Origin: Euglena gracilis
Lineage: Eukaryota
Reading direction: 5' to 3'
Length of the DNA: 64,000 nucleotides
Assembly (NCBI GenBank): GCA_039621445.1
Contig: CP154954.1
Location: 49,145,847 to 49,209,846, forward strand
A program made the position numbers and the translations under genes. Below are positions 1 to 64,000 of this stretch, piece by piece. The notes beneath the pieces are model-generated. The model saw only the letters and a list, made by a program, of their open reading frames with translations. It made no database searches and was not told the DNA's origin. Numbering within the stretch: the stretch's first letter is position 1; every line of letters starts with the position of its first letter.

Positions 1-41395
<41,395 letters not shown>

Positions 41396-41401
41396 GGGAG
41401 C

Positions 41402-41455
41402 CTGGGGCGGTGAACTGTGATGGCCAGTGGCATGGGGGGGGGGGGGGGGGGGGGG
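41402..41455 (-). promoter_or_regulatory. Candidate trans-splice (spliced-leader) acceptor
   Basis: On the minus strand, a 22-nt C tract (41434-41455), then CAG ending at 41402, then 6 nt before the ATG at 41395. Confidence 0.4.
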
Positions 41456-42564
41456 TGAAAGGTTGCTCCGCAGGAGGGAGGGCATGCCGACCTTGCTTTC
41501 GGCGAATGCTTTGCCGACCTTGCTGGTCCGGCGGCTCAGCAAAACCTGTGTCTTCCGCCTGGTGATTCAGGGGGGGATTTCGGTTTAAGGCGGCCCGACT
41601 GGCACGCAATTTCGTGGCACACGTCCCACATACATCAGACTGCGGCAAGCATCCCCACCGCTGTGCCCAACAACAACCTGGAGATACAAAAAAAGGTCAG
41701 GCTGCAGTGCAGGATCGCATCCAGTGTTTGGACAACGATAAAAAAGAACAGAAAGTGGGGCATGCCAGAAATAAAAAAATGTGCATTTGTGGAAATTGCA
41801 TTCTGAAGATGCAGTACATCCAACGTGAACAGGCACGGCCAGAGAATTTGGGGAGTCGGCATAATGGGGTAATGGCATGTGGTGGTCAATCATACATGGA
41901 CGGGAAGAGACGTGTACAGTGAGAGGGGCAGACAGCGACAGACAGGCACAGAGTCAGTTGGGGCAAGGCTCCTCTTGAGGCTGGCCTCACTCCTGTCGGG
42001 GCGTGAACCGACCGGCCGATTTGTCCGCCCACAGCTGAAAACACGGCCGGGGTCTCAGCTGTGGGGGATGAGGTTCCAACCGTGGGGGTGGAGACCCCCC
42101 CCCACGAGGGCAGGGCGCACCTTCCAATGCCGATAATTTTCAGTAGTGGTGGCATTTTTTTTGCCGACGGTGCCAACCAATTGCACGTTGGATCGATTCG
42201 GGAGGGTTTGGACAAACCGGGGGGGGGGGGGTCTGGACAAACCCCACCTGCCGTGTCAGCGAGCACCCAAGCCATAATGGGGGCAATTTCTCTTTGGGTT
42301 GAGTGAACAGCTGTATTATTGCAGTCCAGGTTCCATGATTTTAGGATGGATGCAAGCCTCATTGCAGGAGGAGGGGGGGCTCATTTTCTTTTCCAGGGGG
42401 GTTCGTCCAAATTTGGGTCGGTCCGTCCAAGTCCCCAGGGTAGGTCCGGCCCAGGAGAAGAGACACCCCACCCCCCTAAACCCCTCCCTCGTCGGCCCAG
42501 AAATGGCTGGCAAAAGCTGGAAAAAAAAAGGCGCAAAAAACCCGGCATGGTCGGCATGCTCGGG

Positions 42565-63256
<20,692 letters not shown>

Positions 63257-63614
63257 CAACGGCGGCAGAAGGAAGCGTTACCGAGGGACAGGGGGAAAAG
63301 AAATGGTCGACACACCAGTCTCAAATTCAGTCAGTCAGTCAATCCGTTGCGTGCGGTTTCAACTTGGTTCGGACCCGCAGAAAGAGCTCCGCAAGGGGGC
63401 AGGTTGGTTTGACGGCGTTTCCTGTTGGGGGCCAGCCCACGAATGGGCTGCCGCAGGAGATTGGGCCATGAGAGGGTCGCCAAGGGCAACAGTAGTTTGG
63501 GTGGTTTTTGGTTCGGGCTCACACCGGGGTTCGCTTGCTTGGGCAGATGGGGGGAGGGGTGGGTCGGACCCCCTCTGGTCCAACAGGGGGGGCAACAATC
63601 TATGGAGATCCAGA

Positions 63615-63900
63615 ATCCCAGTCACACCCAGTCCTGCCCAGTCACGCTCAGTCACGCTCACTCACAGCCAGGCGTCATACAGAATCCCAATGCTAGAAGA
63701 GCCTAAAGTTGGCCAAAAAGTGGCTAACAGTGGCTGAAAATGATTAAAATAATACTCAGAAACATCCATTGGTGGCCACAAATGGCCAAAGATGGCCAGA
63801 ACGACAGACAAAAGGGACAAAATAGGCCAAAAGTGGCCAGATGTGACTAAATATATCCAGTCACGCCCAGTCATGCTCAGTCACGCCCAGTCACACCCAG
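63615..63900 (+). repeat. CAGTCACGC(C/T) decamer repeats
   Basis: Same unit at ~8005-8022 and 9535-9620; probably subterminal repeats of one element family. Confidence 0.6.
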
Positions 63901-64000
63901 CCAGCGACGGGCCGAAAATTTTTGCACAAAAAATAGCGGCCAAAGAATGCCATTTTGTACACTTTTTGGGCAAAAAGAAATGACAAAGATGCCCAAAGTT

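Overview
Eukaryotic nuclear DNA with euglenid-like (Euglena-type) hallmarks. None of the long six-frame ORFs is a real gene. The window instead holds two head-to-tail, minus-strand genes broken into 20-160 bp exons. One is an HMG-box protein (two boxes; about 63.2 kb to 42.6 kb, 5' part unresolved). The other is a CCCH zinc-finger protein (three fingers, Pro-rich linkers, helical acidic tail) starting at 41395 and running off the left edge. Introns are a mix of GT-AG, non-GT-AG 'nonconventional' introns whose ends base-pair in a fixed +4..+6 / -8..-6 register, and hybrids. They are packed with MITEs (mostly CAG...CTG TIRs with 8-bp TSDs; poly-C/poly-G TIRs with TA TSDs), often nested, plus GT and AT microsatellites. 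A ~9.6 kb tandem duplication (19067-28617 / 28618-38405) may be an assembly artefact. Main finding: the nonconventional intron 38533-40882 is itself a hAT-like MITE with an intact 8-bp TSD. Its 3+5 nt splice register equals one TSD copy, so splicing restores the exon exactly. This suggests these MITEs act as 'introners' that generate nonconventional introns. All exon joins were inferred by eye and need transcript confirmation.
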